The notes under the pieces: model-generated
Database searches by the model: none
Told to the model about the DNA's origin: nothing
What the model saw: the letters and a program-made list of their open reading frames with translations, nothing else
Part shown: one piece after another, positions 17,731 to 27,900 of the stretch
Position numbering within the stretch: the stretch's first letter is position 1
Layout of the letters: each line of letters opens with the position of its first letter
NCBI GenBank assembly: GCA_003649205.1
Contig: QMRC01000016.1
Location: forward strand, 1-36,109
Reading direction: 5' to 3'
Length of the DNA: 36,109 bases
Source of the DNA: Thermoprotei archaeon
GTDB lineage: Archaea > Thermoproteota > Thermoprotei > Thermoproteales > B15-G16
Translations under genes and position numbers: made by a program

Positions 17731-19209
17731 TTATGAACCCTCTTCAATGCTAACTATCTCTAGGACTAAGTAATCAGGTATCACTGGTGGGTACCCTCCA
17801 AACCACTCAATCTCCACTTCAAGGTACTGTACGTATGGGTATAGAATTGTCAGTGGATTACCTCTTGGTCGTTCTCTATAATCTCCACCGAGAACCTTTG
17901 CATACCTATGTGTATACAGGTCATGAACTATAATGTACTCAGTATTTGGATAGAGACCTGCTCCTGCTGGATAACCACCAATAGGTACACCAGTCTTTGG
18001 ATCTATACCATAGAGGAAACAAAGGTAAAAGCCATATATGTATTCTCTAGGATTCTCGAGCTTCTTAGAAACAACAAATGTTACTTTAATCGTTATCCTT
18101 GGTTTATATAGCGGTCTACTGAAGTTAAAGCATATAGATGAACCTTTTGCACCTGGTTTTGGATATATTATGATTTTACGACCTTTACACTCTATCTTAG
18201 CAGTATCATCCCACTTAACTACCCATGCCTCATGAATAACTACATCATCTATCTTTACATCAGGAATATCAATTCTTCTATAACTTGTCTCTAGGTCTTT
18301 TATCATGCTCTTTCTTGCTTGTTCTAGGTATTTCTTCGGTGGTGTTGCAAATACTTCGATTATGGAGAAGGCTCTTGCACTTACATTACCAGTACCTACA
18401 GCAGTAATCACTATCTTGTGCCTACCAAATTCACTTAAGTCAGGTAAACACTTTAGAAGCACTTCCTCGCTTTCACTTAACACTAAGTTAACTACCTTAC
18501 CTAATGTCTTAAGCTCAATAGTTAGGAAGAAACCACTGTTAGTTCTAACCGTTACATTACCACGGTAACCACCTACAGACCTAACAGTAACAAGTAGCTC
18601 AGGACTCGATACAGACGTAGTATTGAGGTAGCTAGGGAAAATCTCTAGATAAACACCCCAAAGCTTCTCAACATACTTCAACTCTATGTCTGTGTCCTGT
18701 ACTATGGTTAGCTTGATGTCTGTTCCATTGTACACGTACTTGAGCCTATAGATAGCTCCACCGTGCTTATACGTCACGTTGATGTACCTATCAGTGAGAA
18801 GTTGCTTAATTGGTACTACGACTATGGTTGTGTTTTCAGATAGCTTAAGCTCTATAGGAGTCTCGTAAGTCTTGACTGTGCCATTCAGGAAATCAACATC
18901 AACAGGAACCTCAATACCCAGAGACGAATTAACATCAATAGCCCTAATCCTCAGTGTATGTAGTACTGGTTGTTTACTAGCTTTGACTATTGCTTTTGTT
19001 CTCGATACTTCATATGTCTGCTCCGTACCTGAAGCTGTAGGTGGTTTCTTGGTTACTGGTGTAGCTTTCGGTACTGTGCCTGGTGTACCTAGTCCATGGT
19101 ACCAAAACCAGAGTAATGATGCTAGAAGAAATGTTGCTACAACTATTGCTATTATTACTCGACGATATAGTACCCAATACAACTTCATCTTAACGCGTCT
19201 AGTACTCAC
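17731..19209 (-). CDS. Membrane-anchored surface protein, first gene of the adhesin/pilin operon
   Basis: N-terminal TM, P/T/K linker, and a beta repeat (HTLRIRAID..VDFLNGT..TPIEL) like those in the 1225-aa protein. Confidence 0.75.
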   Translation of the reverse strand: MSTRRVKMKLYWVLYRRVIIAIVVATFLLASLLWFWYHGLGTPGTVPKATPVTKKPPTASGTEQTYEVSRTKAIVKASKQPVLHTLRIRAIDVNSSLGIEVPVDVDFLNGTVKTYETPIELKLSENTTIVVVPIKQLLTDRYINVTYKHGGAIYRLKYVYNGTDIKLTIVQDTDIELKYVEKLWGVYLEIFPSYLNTTSVSSPELLVTVRSVGGYRGNVTVRTNSGFFLTIELKTLGKVVNLVLSESEEVLLKCLPDLSEFGRHKIVITAVGTGNVSARAFSIIEVFATPPKKYLEQARKSMIKDLETSYRRIDIPDVKIDDVVIHEAWVVKWDDTAKIECKGRKIIIYPKPGAKGSSICFNFSRPLYKPRITIKVTFVVSKKLENPREYIYGFYLCFLYGIDPKTGVPIGGYPAGAGLYPNTEYIIVHDLYTHRYAKVLGGDYRERPRGNPLTILYPYVQYLEVEIEWFGGYPPVIPDYLVLEIVSIEEGS

Positions 19210-19424
19210 TTTCGGTAACCCCTCTCCCTATCTTGATCATGATTGTTGACTTATAGGAGGTGTATAAATACATTTAGTTATTTTATGTAGTTATCTCAGA
19301 TATTGATGGTTATGTACAGAGATGTAATATGTACATTTAAATTCTCAAACACGGTATGGGGGTGCTATCGTTCTCAGTATAGTAACGTGAGGATGTATGT
19401 AGTACATTTCTAAGCTCTCTCCTT

Positions 19425-19970
19425 CTATGTTGTTGCCTTGAGTTGTGTTAGTGCATCGTTTAGAATGTGTATTGCTTTAATGATTTTGTCTTCTTGCTGT
19501 AAACTCTTTACTGTGTGTATAAGCTGTGTTAGTAATGTGTGTAATTGCGTTAATTGTTCTTGTACTTGAACTTGATCTATACGTATCTTGTTTTCCCTTA
19601 ATTGCTGTAGAATTTTAGCTACCTTAATCTTTCGTTCTCCTCTCTGCTTCCTACAGCTATTGTAGATTTGTTCTATAGCTTCAATAACTTCTTCCTGTGT
19701 TATCCTCGTTATTTTCCTTGAGAATAGTGTCAGTGATGTTACTGACATATTGTCGAAGACGATAAATACCCTGCCACCGTATTCAGGATCTATGTAGATG
19801 CTGAGTACTACGTCTTCTTCGGCGTAGAGTATCTTAGATCTGGAAAACTGTTCAATGAGTGTTGTTATGTAATTAGCAATTCGATCAACTAGTTTCCTCC
19901 TAGGTGCTTTCAGCTTTAAACCATGTACGTAGATGTACCTACCTAGAACTCCAGTTGACAGCGTGGACAT
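19425..19970 (-). CDS. Hypothetical protein, paralog of 33753..34412
   Basis: Shares RVFIVFDNMSVT..LFSRKI with RLYVLFDQMTVT..YFSRKV; C-terminal coiled coil. Confidence 0.7.
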   Translation of the reverse strand: MSTLSTGVLGRYIYVHGLKLKAPRRKLVDRIANYITTLIEQFSRSKILYAEEDVVLSIYIDPEYGGRVFIVFDNMSVTSLTLFSRKITRITQEEVIEAIEQIYNSCRKQRGERKIKVAKILQQLRENKIRIDQVQVQEQLTQLHTLLTQLIHTVKSLQQEDKIIKAIHILNDALTQLKATT

Positions 19971-21571
19971 ACCTTAACTCCTCGATGCTTATCCTGTCGA
20001 AGTGGTGCTCCACAGTACGGACAGAATTTCAATTGATCATATCTGATCTGCAACTCACGATATACGGGGATCCGTAGCTCACTCTTTAGCTCGCATACTA
20101 GCTTTGAACTACCTAACTCTCTGTAGAATTGAGCTAGTATACCTGGCCAAACTCTTTCAAATAATCTGTAGTTACTCATTTGCTCTCTAAATGCTGGATC
20201 TTCATTGTATCTATCGACTAGGTTCTGTAGGAAGAGCTTAACCTGGTCATAATAGAGCTTAGCTATCTCAATATCGATTTTCAGTCTCTCAGCAACTTCC
20301 CTCAGTATAGCATCATGGACATTGCTAGCAAGCTTAAGACCTCCCTCATGGAAGTAAATTTTGCTAACAAACCTGTACTTCCTACCATTTTCAATTCTCA
20401 ATCCCATCTCAACTAGAACCTTCAATGTATTAAGCCTAGTTCTTGGTATCTTAAAGCCGTAGATTATTCTGTTGAATAGATCATCGACAGAAGCAGCATG
20501 TACTGCAAATATTGCAATTTGCTTAGCTTCTGCAGCAGATAGGACTAACTTCATTTGTTGTGAATTAAGTACTTCATTCACTAGAATAGCATCAGTTCGC
20601 GTTAATGCTGCTTCAAACTCATGCGTTAACTGATCTAGGTTATCCGCAATTACGTAATTTACCTTAGTACCTCGTGGTAGGTGAATTTCTTTGTACATGC
20701 CTATTACATTTATACGAATTTCAGGTGGGATAAAGAACGCAAGTTGATTTACAAATGTTGTTTTTCCTGTATTTTGTTCGCCGTAAATGCATATTGGTAT
20801 TCTAGCAAGTACGCAGAGTATGAGATCTGCTAAGTCATCAATGAGTATTGATCTGTATCGAGCTATATACTCAACAGGTGTAATCACCTTATTGAAGCAG
20901 CGTATCCTACACTCACTGTATTCAGCTGGTGAATACGGTGCATATGTTAGGCTAACTCTATGACTGTAACCATTTAGATCCTGTATTGAGAAGATTATGG
21001 TTGGTGTTACATATGAGAGCTGTTTACCACCGTAGAGAGCTAATCTATTGAACAGGTAGTCGACATCAACTGTTACATTCATTGTTGCTTCTTCACTTAA
21101 TTCACGATCTCTAACAGCAATTGTGTTCGACAGGATGTTTATCTCCTCTATGTTCTCATCGTAAAGTACGGGCGTTAGCTCAAGTAGGTGAAGTCGTTTA
21201 AATGCATAGTACTTCTGTGCCTCATCTAAGTAATTGAGTAGGTTAAGGAGTCTATCTAGATCCCTATACGACTTGACTAAGAATAATCCGTGTTTCAGTG
21301 TAATGTCATCGAGAAACTTTTCAACTTCTCTTCTCTCTTCATCCCTTAAGGTAGCATCCGGCTCAATAACTCTATATACGAGTTTTCCATCTACTTCAGA
21401 TCTAACTACCTGGGCTCTAATCTCAAAAGGACCAATACGAAATCTCGTATCTCTTAGGAGTTCTACTCCATAGTCTTCTCGATGTGGTGTAGATATAGTA
21501 TCGAAAACCTTCAGTATCTGCAAGAGTCCAGAGTCTCTCCTCTTCCTCCAAATCATCACCTCAGATATCAC
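19943..21571 (-). CDS. Type II/IV secretion ATPase (VirB11/FlaI/TadA family) with C-terminal Zn ribbon
   Basis: YRVIEP, PVLYDENIEEI, Walker A GEQNTGKTT, AALTRTDAILVNEV and His box FAVHAAS; ends in CPYC..CPRC. Confidence 0.85.
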   Translation of the reverse strand: MISEVMIWRKRRDSGLLQILKVFDTISTPHREDYGVELLRDTRFRIGPFEIRAQVVRSEVDGKLVYRVIEPDATLRDEERREVEKFLDDITLKHGLFLVKSYRDLDRLLNLLNYLDEAQKYYAFKRLHLLELTPVLYDENIEEINILSNTIAVRDRELSEEATMNVTVDVDYLFNRLALYGGKQLSYVTPTIIFSIQDLNGYSHRVSLTYAPYSPAEYSECRIRCFNKVITPVEYIARYRSILIDDLADLILCVLARIPICIYGEQNTGKTTFVNQLAFFIPPEIRINVIGMYKEIHLPRGTKVNYVIADNLDQLTHEFEAALTRTDAILVNEVLNSQQMKLVLSAAEAKQIAIFAVHAASVDDLFNRIIYGFKIPRTRLNTLKVLVEMGLRIENGRKYRFVSKIYFHEGGLKLASNVHDAILREVAERLKIDIEIAKLYYDQVKLFLQNLVDRYNEDPAFREQMSNYRLFERVWPGILAQFYRELGSSKLVCELKSELRIPVYRELQIRYDQLKFCPYCGAPLRQDKHRGVKVCPRCQLEF

Positions 21572-21616
21572 ATTATACCTAATAAACTTTAATTAACTAC
21601 CTCGTGATACCTCATT

Positions 21617-23368
21617 ATGATGGTACTGCACATATTCTCAGAATTGCGTAGCAGAATTGATCATAAACTTCGAGAAGTGTATAGGTTTACGTTCATTGAT
21701 GAGAGGATTAGCTTTGAGGAGTTTAGATCTAGATTCTATAAACACCTTATGTATCTACTAGTTACAGTGGTAATTTTCCTTGCTATGAACCTCATACTAC
21801 CTCACCTACTTTACGATTTAAGATTATTGCTCCTCTCCAATGCTATATTACTTATCCCAATGACTTATCTCCTCTACCTAGTCACTAAACCATTCATTAA
21901 CTTAACTCTATTCTTCAGGAGAGTTGAGGCTGAAGCTCTATATGCTGCATTACATGCATCAATATACATGAGAGTTGTTACTGATCATGAAGCTAGAATG
22001 ATCTTGAATAAAGTGATTGAGCTTCTTGCTTCTAAAGATATTGTTCTTAGGTATGCCGCTAAATTCTTTAAACGAATTCTAAGAGATGGCGGAGTTGAAG
22101 CTCTTGATAAGTATATTGCTCTATGTAGACAGAAATCAATGCCCATTACTGAAGTTATACTGTCGACATTTATTGATGTTCTTCGGACCGGTCAGTACGT
22201 ACTCTATGCTGATAGACTTAGGGATAGAGCTTATGCTGAATTTAGAGCAAAGTTACAATCACTGATCCGTACTCATGAAATTATATCGATGTCTATCGTT
22301 TCAGTCGCTATCACAATTCCAGTTATCAGCTGTATTCTCTCTATCTTACTATTTAGCAAAATTCTCAATATTGCAGTATTCACTACATTGCTAATTCACG
22401 TGATTACAGTATTCATGCTTCTCATGTATCTTGACTCTACATGCCTTATCAAGATATTTGACTTTACACCATACCTACTACGCGCGGGTACTACTACAGC
22501 TATTATTGCTATCCCTCTTATTACTACTTCACTCGTGGTATCTAGATACCTCGACTACAGAGAGATCTGCATTACTATATACTTATGCTCGTGCTTGATA
22601 TCCCTCACCTTTGATTTTGTGTATAGCAGATACGATAGTCGTGCAATGTACATCTTCACGCAGTATTCATCATTTCTAAATAGGGTTGCTCAATTACTTG
22701 AAAGTAAATCATGTTCTCTTGTTTCTGCTATCCTTCAGATAGCTTCTGAAGATAGGTCATCTATCATGAGTAAGTTGCTACGTATTATTGCATCTAGACT
22801 CGTACTTAGTAAGGATTTGAATTACTTAATTTCCTTTATCATGAAGGTTAGAGGGTCATTTGCTGAATTCCTACGAACTGTAACCTCACTTCTCATAGAT
22901 GCTATGTACATCTCATTCTCACCTCACTATGTTCGTGATCTTGCTAGGATGTACGATGAGTATGTTGGAGCATACGAGCTGTATCTCAATTCAATGAAGT
23001 CTGCTAAGTATGTACTATTCATCGTTGCAGGCGTGATATCCTTTATCATGTACCTCGTTATTAAGTGCGTTCTTGCTGTTTTCGCCGAAATCACAATTAC
23101 TCCTTCAGCTAGTGAGTTAGGTGTTGTTCTACCCATATCATTACCAAGTAAGGCCGATATTGCTCATGTAACTATCCTCTCAACCACTATGATCAATATC
23201 ATTTTGTTCACTTCAGCTATGGTTGTTGCTAAGCTCGCTACTGGTCGAATCGGCATTTTTGGCAGGTATGCACTAATCTCCCTACTCATTGCATTCCTCA
23301 TATTTATCCTCATATACTACTTCATACCACCTCTTGGAGGTATCAGTGTATGGAGCTTAGGGAGTTGA
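21617..23368 (+). CDS. Type IV pilus membrane platform protein (TadC/FlaJ/GspF-like)
   Basis: 583 aa with two cytoplasmic helical domains each followed by TM clusters; divergent from the secretion ATPase. Confidence 0.72.
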   Translation: MMVLHIFSELRSRIDHKLREVYRFTFIDERISFEEFRSRFYKHLMYLLVTVVIFLAMNLILPHLLYDLRLLLLSNAILLIPMTYLLYLVTKPFINLTLFFRRVEAEALYAALHASIYMRVVTDHEARMILNKVIELLASKDIVLRYAAKFFKRILRDGGVEALDKYIALCRQKSMPITEVILSTFIDVLRTGQYVLYADRLRDRAYAEFRAKLQSLIRTHEIISMSIVSVAITIPVISCILSILLFSKILNIAVFTTLLIHVITVFMLLMYLDSTCLIKIFDFTPYLLRAGTTTAIIAIPLITTSLVVSRYLDYREICITIYLCSCLISLTFDFVYSRYDSRAMYIFTQYSSFLNRVAQLLESKSCSLVSAILQIASEDRSSIMSKLLRIIASRLVLSKDLNYLISFIMKVRGSFAEFLRTVTSLLIDAMYISFSPHYVRDLARMYDEYVGAYELYLNSMKSAKYVLFIVAGVISFIMYLVIKCVLAVFAEITITPSASELGVVLPISLPSKADIAHVTILSTTMINIILFTSAMVVAKLATGRIGIFGRYALISLLIAFLIFILIYYFIPPLGGISVWSLGS

Positions 23369-23868
23369 AGAAGTGGATTAGAGAACAGGAAAGTAATATA
23401 AGGACTGTGCTTAAGTCTGGTGATTTCGACAGCGAGTACATTCAGAGACAGCTAGATTTCATGAAGGAACTTTCAAGACAGCAATCACTGCTCAAGAAGT
23501 TTAATCAGAAGGACTTTGTACTTAGCTTCGATATTGTTAAGCAATTATCTAATCTAACTAACTACTCAGAAGCTGAGCACATACCTCAAATTCAGGTTCA
23601 GAAAGCTAATGCTAAATCTAATGTCGAAGAGGTTGTAGAGGAAGTGAAGGAGAAGAAAGAGGTGAAGAAGGAAGGGAAGAAATTCAGTATTAACTTACCT
23701 AGACTCACATTGAAGAAAATTGGTAAGGAGAGGAGAAGGGAGAGGAAAAATACCGAAAAGGAGCAGAAGGTAGAGGAAAAGAAGAGAGGGGAGAAGAAAA
23801 GAGGCAGAGATATTGCTGACATATTGAGAGAGCTCGATTCAAAGTACTATGAGATACTTCTCGAATAA
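23350..23868 (+). CDS. Highly charged hypothetical protein
   Basis: GGAGGT RBS, overlaps the platform gene, E/K/R-rich low-complexity centre. Confidence 0.7.
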   Translation: MELRELKKWIREQESNIRTVLKSGDFDSEYIQRQLDFMKELSRQQSLLKKFNQKDFVLSFDIVKQLSNLTNYSEAEHIPQIQVQKANAKSNVEEVVEEVKEKKEVKKEGKKFSINLPRLTLKKIGKERRRERKNTEKEQKVEEKKRGEKKRGRDIADILRELDSKYYEILLE

Positions 23869-23879
23869 GAGGTAACAGT

Positions 23880-23993
23880 ATGGAGTTCCTGGATCTGTTA
23901 CTACTTACGTGGATCGCTCCTGTAATCTTCTTCATTCTTCAGAGAAGGAGAAGGAGGAAAAGGAAATGCCTTCTTGATCTAATTACTGAGTAA
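23880..23993 (+). CDS. Small membrane peptide (37 aa), not in ORF track
   Basis: GAGGT RBS then MEFLDLLLLTWIAPVIFFILQRRRRRKRKCLLDLITE: a hydrophobic helix followed by a polybasic stretch. Confidence 0.5.
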   Translation: MEFLDLLLLTWIAPVIFFILQRRRRRKRKCLLDLITE

Positions 23994-24076
23994 TTCTTTC
24001 TGTAAAGTTTATCTCTGTGTATAACATGATATACAATGTTGTATCTTAGGTATATACATACTCAGAGGTTAGGATT

Positions 24077-24982
24077 ATGGATATTCTCAATTTGCTCACG
24101 ACGGAGATAAAGATTGGTGAGTTCACGGTGATGCCTGTTTTTGCTGCTTTGACATTAGCTGGTGCTGTTATTTATGCTCTTGTCTGTTATGCAGCTGGTA
24201 TCTACTATAGGTTTTTAAGCGGTATTGAGTACGTCATAAACACTGGCCTACATCTAGCTCTCCTATTTGTTATAGATCATACTGTTTCCTCTTGTGTTAA
24301 TTACTATATCGACTACATTCGACAGGAATTTGGTGTTAGTGCACCAATCTCGATAACTTCACTACGACCATTTGCATTTGCACGAGATCTAATGCTTGAT
24401 GCTGTGGCAAAAATTAATTCCCTCTTAAATTCATATGAATCGCAGATCACTCTCTCCAAGTACTCACTCATCTTCAGTTACCTTGCTGAGGGAGCACATA
24501 ATTCTGTGTCCTCTCTAGAACAGGTTATTTCTGCTGCTCGTGCTCCATTTCTTTCACTAGCTTCATTCTATGGCTTTCTCTACGATACTAAGGTAACTAC
24601 AGTAATGATCCTCATTGGTGCATCATTGCTACTTTCTCCAGCTCTATCACGTCTTGGTGGTTTCCTATGCTTCACCGCTATAGGATTTCACTTCGCAGCA
24701 CCTATCTCAGCTGCTCTCGCTTACTACTACTTCATGAAGTATAAGTTCCCTACATCTATAAACATCGCTCTTCTACCATTTACTAATGTGAATACAACTA
24801 TTCCACTTGCTCAGTACTCTCAACCTGTCAATCTATATGGTAATTTACTAAACTTTTTCACAAATGCTGCCTTTGCTGCATCCTCCGCTGAAGTAGCTGC
24901 TCTCTTCGTATTTTCACTATGTTCTGGTATTGCAGGTGCTATTGGTGCTGTTGTCGGTAATCCTATAGCTAGATTGAGGTAA
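24077..24982 (+). CDS. Polytopic membrane protein, CedA/TedA/VirB6-like
   Basis: About 5-6 TM helices. LLLSPALSRLGGFL motif and a C-terminal GIAGAIG helix parallel the next gene. Confidence 0.55.
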   Translation: MDILNLLTTEIKIGEFTVMPVFAALTLAGAVIYALVCYAAGIYYRFLSGIEYVINTGLHLALLFVIDHTVSSCVNYYIDYIRQEFGVSAPISITSLRPFAFARDLMLDAVAKINSLLNSYESQITLSKYSLIFSYLAEGAHNSVSSLEQVISAARAPFLSLASFYGFLYDTKVTTVMILIGASLLLSPALSRLGGFLCFTAIGFHFAAPISAALAYYYFMKYKFPTSINIALLPFTNVNTTIPLAQYSQPVNLYGNLLNFFTNAAFAASSAEVAALFVFSLCSGIAGAIGAVVGNPIARLR

Positions 24983-24987
24983 ATTTC

Positions 24988-27900
24988 GTGACTTCACCTG
25001 ACTTCCTTAAGTACTTAATTGAGTTAGCTGAATATGATCCAAAGTACCTCATCATTATCGTTTCCTCTGTTGTGTCATCAATGCTATTGATCTATGGTCT
25101 TACTGCATATGCAGTTCTCAGGAGATCATTACTACCGTACATATCCTCAATCGTCTTCTCCAGTGTATTTTGTTATCTCGCTCTTATCGTTGCTGATCAG
25201 AGCTATGTCGCGCATGTAGTAGCCTCTACTCTTCACATTCCTGAACACTACCTTGATTTAGAGAAGTGTATCTCCCTCATTAAGAAACACATAGCTTCTA
25301 TTCAAAGTATCATCTCTACTCTCGGCTATGTTCATACTTTTGCTGTTACTACTCTACTCATTATAGTTTGTCTTTTAGGATTCAAGGTTGGTCTTGCTGC
25401 TGTCCTCATGCTTTTACTATCTAAGTTCATGACTGGTGTATTTACAGCACTTACAGCTGTCCTATCCGTACTCATTAGCCTATCGAGGATCTATACTGGT
25501 TTAGTTGTTCTCCATGCTATTCTCGACTTCCTTCACTTCGTACTCCCATTTATGACATTAGCTGGTGCTGTCTTTCTTGCTTGTGCTCCACTTCGTAGAC
25601 TTGGTATTACCTTGATCGTGTTCTCTTATGTCTTTGCTTTTGGTTTTCCCTTCATTATCTCATATAGTCTTGAGAAGGGGGAATTTGGTATTGATGTTTC
25701 TCATCTCTACTATGAAACTATAGTTCTCGGTAGTGGTAACTTTACCGTTATTGATGCTTCTGGTTACCCCATTCCATACGCTCTCCTAGTTCTTCATGAT
25801 GTTAGTAATACATCAAGATTCTACGCCTTTCAGGTTCTCGATAATGGCTTTAAGTCTACTGTCTTACCGTGTGGTACCTATGATTTGGATGTTATTACTC
25901 TCTGGTGCTCACTAAGTAGTAATTGTTCGAGAGTTGTAATTGAGCCCAATCTTTCGTTCAAGCTCTGTAACCTATCTGTTCTTACTGCTAATGTTCTTGC
26001 TGCTAATGCCTCTGTACAATTCCTCGACTTTAGTAATGCTTCTAGGTTCTGTATTCAGGTTCCCTACATTGTTATTGCTCGTAGAGGTGGTGTTTCTGGT
26101 ATTGTCTTTTATAGCGATGTAAATGTTACTGCTAGAGGTGATAATGTTGTTTCCCTTGTTAAGGTCCTTCCTGTAAATTCATCATTTTCCTTCACCTGTA
26201 TAGCATCTAATGTCATAGTATCGTATCAATGCTCAAATCCAAATATGACCGTTACCTACTCAATCTCTCACGTTTCAAATCCTGCTCTCAATGTCATACC
26301 TGAGGCGTTCTTTAGGAATCTATACAGCAATTATTGTGTCTGGTACAACTTCGTCATCGCTCCTATTATTACTTGGATTGAAGAGACTGGTCCATTAGGT
26401 GGTTATGAAATTCCTTACTACGAGTTTCTCTGTAGGTTAAAGCCTGATCCATTCTTCTACTACGATCCCTCTCCTCATGTCCTTAGAGTTAGTATTGAGG
26501 TTGTTGCTGTTAATGAGACAAGACCCAATGATTATGCTATAGTCCAGATTGATGTCTATGGTGTTGACGTTACCTGGTCTAAGTGGAATTGGTTAGTCTA
26601 TACGCCATACATGGAGTACGGTAGGTATCTGGTTAAGGAGATGTCTAAGTTGTGGTTTCCACTTAGAGAGTATGCTGCATTGTGGTACAATGTATTTTCA
26701 TGGCTTATTCCACTTGTACTATCTGCCGATGTTTTGTCTGGGCTTTTCGGTGGTTACTCAATTAGCTTTAGATTGCTTGGTCTCATAACACCGCTATTCA
26801 GGGGATCGGCGGCTCGTGTATACGGTGTTGCTCTGTCTACGACTATGCATGTTGCTATGGTGTTAATGCGGAGAATGTACTTAATGGCTCATCAATACAT
26901 TGCCAGATATACCCCAGTTATGCTGCTTCGTAGACTTATTGCTCCTACTCCATTCATTAAGTTGAGGGAGTTGCCGGTATTCACTAGGTTTAGAGTATAT
27001 GTTGAGGCTGTTAGATCTGTTCTTGAGACTAGGATTCCTAGGAAATTCGCTTCTGTTATTGCGCATACAGCTACTGCTCTCGGCATATCTACATCGGCTA
27101 TCTTCAGAGCAATTATTCATCGTCATCCACTCACTCTTGGTCTTCAATTCATTGCATCACTCTATAAGCATTATCTTGCCACAAGACGTGGCTATTTTGC
27201 TGTGGATGAGTCAAAGTTCCTACGCTTTGTTGAGATTGCTTCTAGACTTGCTGCAGCTCAGAGATCACTATTCCATACATTACTAGTTCTTGCTTCGATT
27301 AGTGAGAAAATTGCAATGTTTGTAAGCAGAGTTAGTACTTCAAAAGCTGCTGCAGTTAGAGTTCTTGGTGAACTTCTATCGATACGTCATGTATCTGAAC
27401 TTGTTGAGAAGTACTTACCTCCTCCTGATGTAAGAACTTTCCGAGATATTGTTTCTGCCGTCAGGTCGCTTCATCATGAAGTTGAGAGGTATGTTAGGGG
27501 TCTAGATGAGATTCGTAGGCCTATTACCAGTGAAGACTTGAAGTACATTATAGCTGGTTTCTATACGAGATTTCTCGGGTATGGTTTCTACGGTATTGAA
27601 CTTGCTAAGAAATTACAATCATTGGTTACTACAGTTTACAAATTATCTCGTATTGCACCCCCTACCTCGCTTCAAGATTTGAGTGTACTTAGGTCAAAGA
27701 TTGAGTTGCTTCGTAGAGGGGATTTCTCGCAGTTGATCTCTCTTGCACATTACTTTAGGAATTTAAAGGTTGTTGTTCCTCCAATGCCTTCACTTCCAGC
27801 TATTAAAGTAGTTCATGGCTGGATCCACCTATTAGTACCAGGTACCCCTAGGTTAGCTACCATTAGTGAGGTTGCTGAGTATGTATCTGAACTTCACACA

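Noticed and set aside
13103-19249. Plus-strand ORFs within the pilin/adhesin operon (e.g. 14778, 15216, 15716, 16257, 18305, 18872)
   Set aside because: S/T-rich antisense translations of the long minus-strand genes.
19943-23368. Archaellum (flagellar) operon
   Set aside because: No FlaH ATPase or archaellin-like FlaB/FlaF/FlaG recognised; the pilins and adhesin fit an adhesive type IV pilus.
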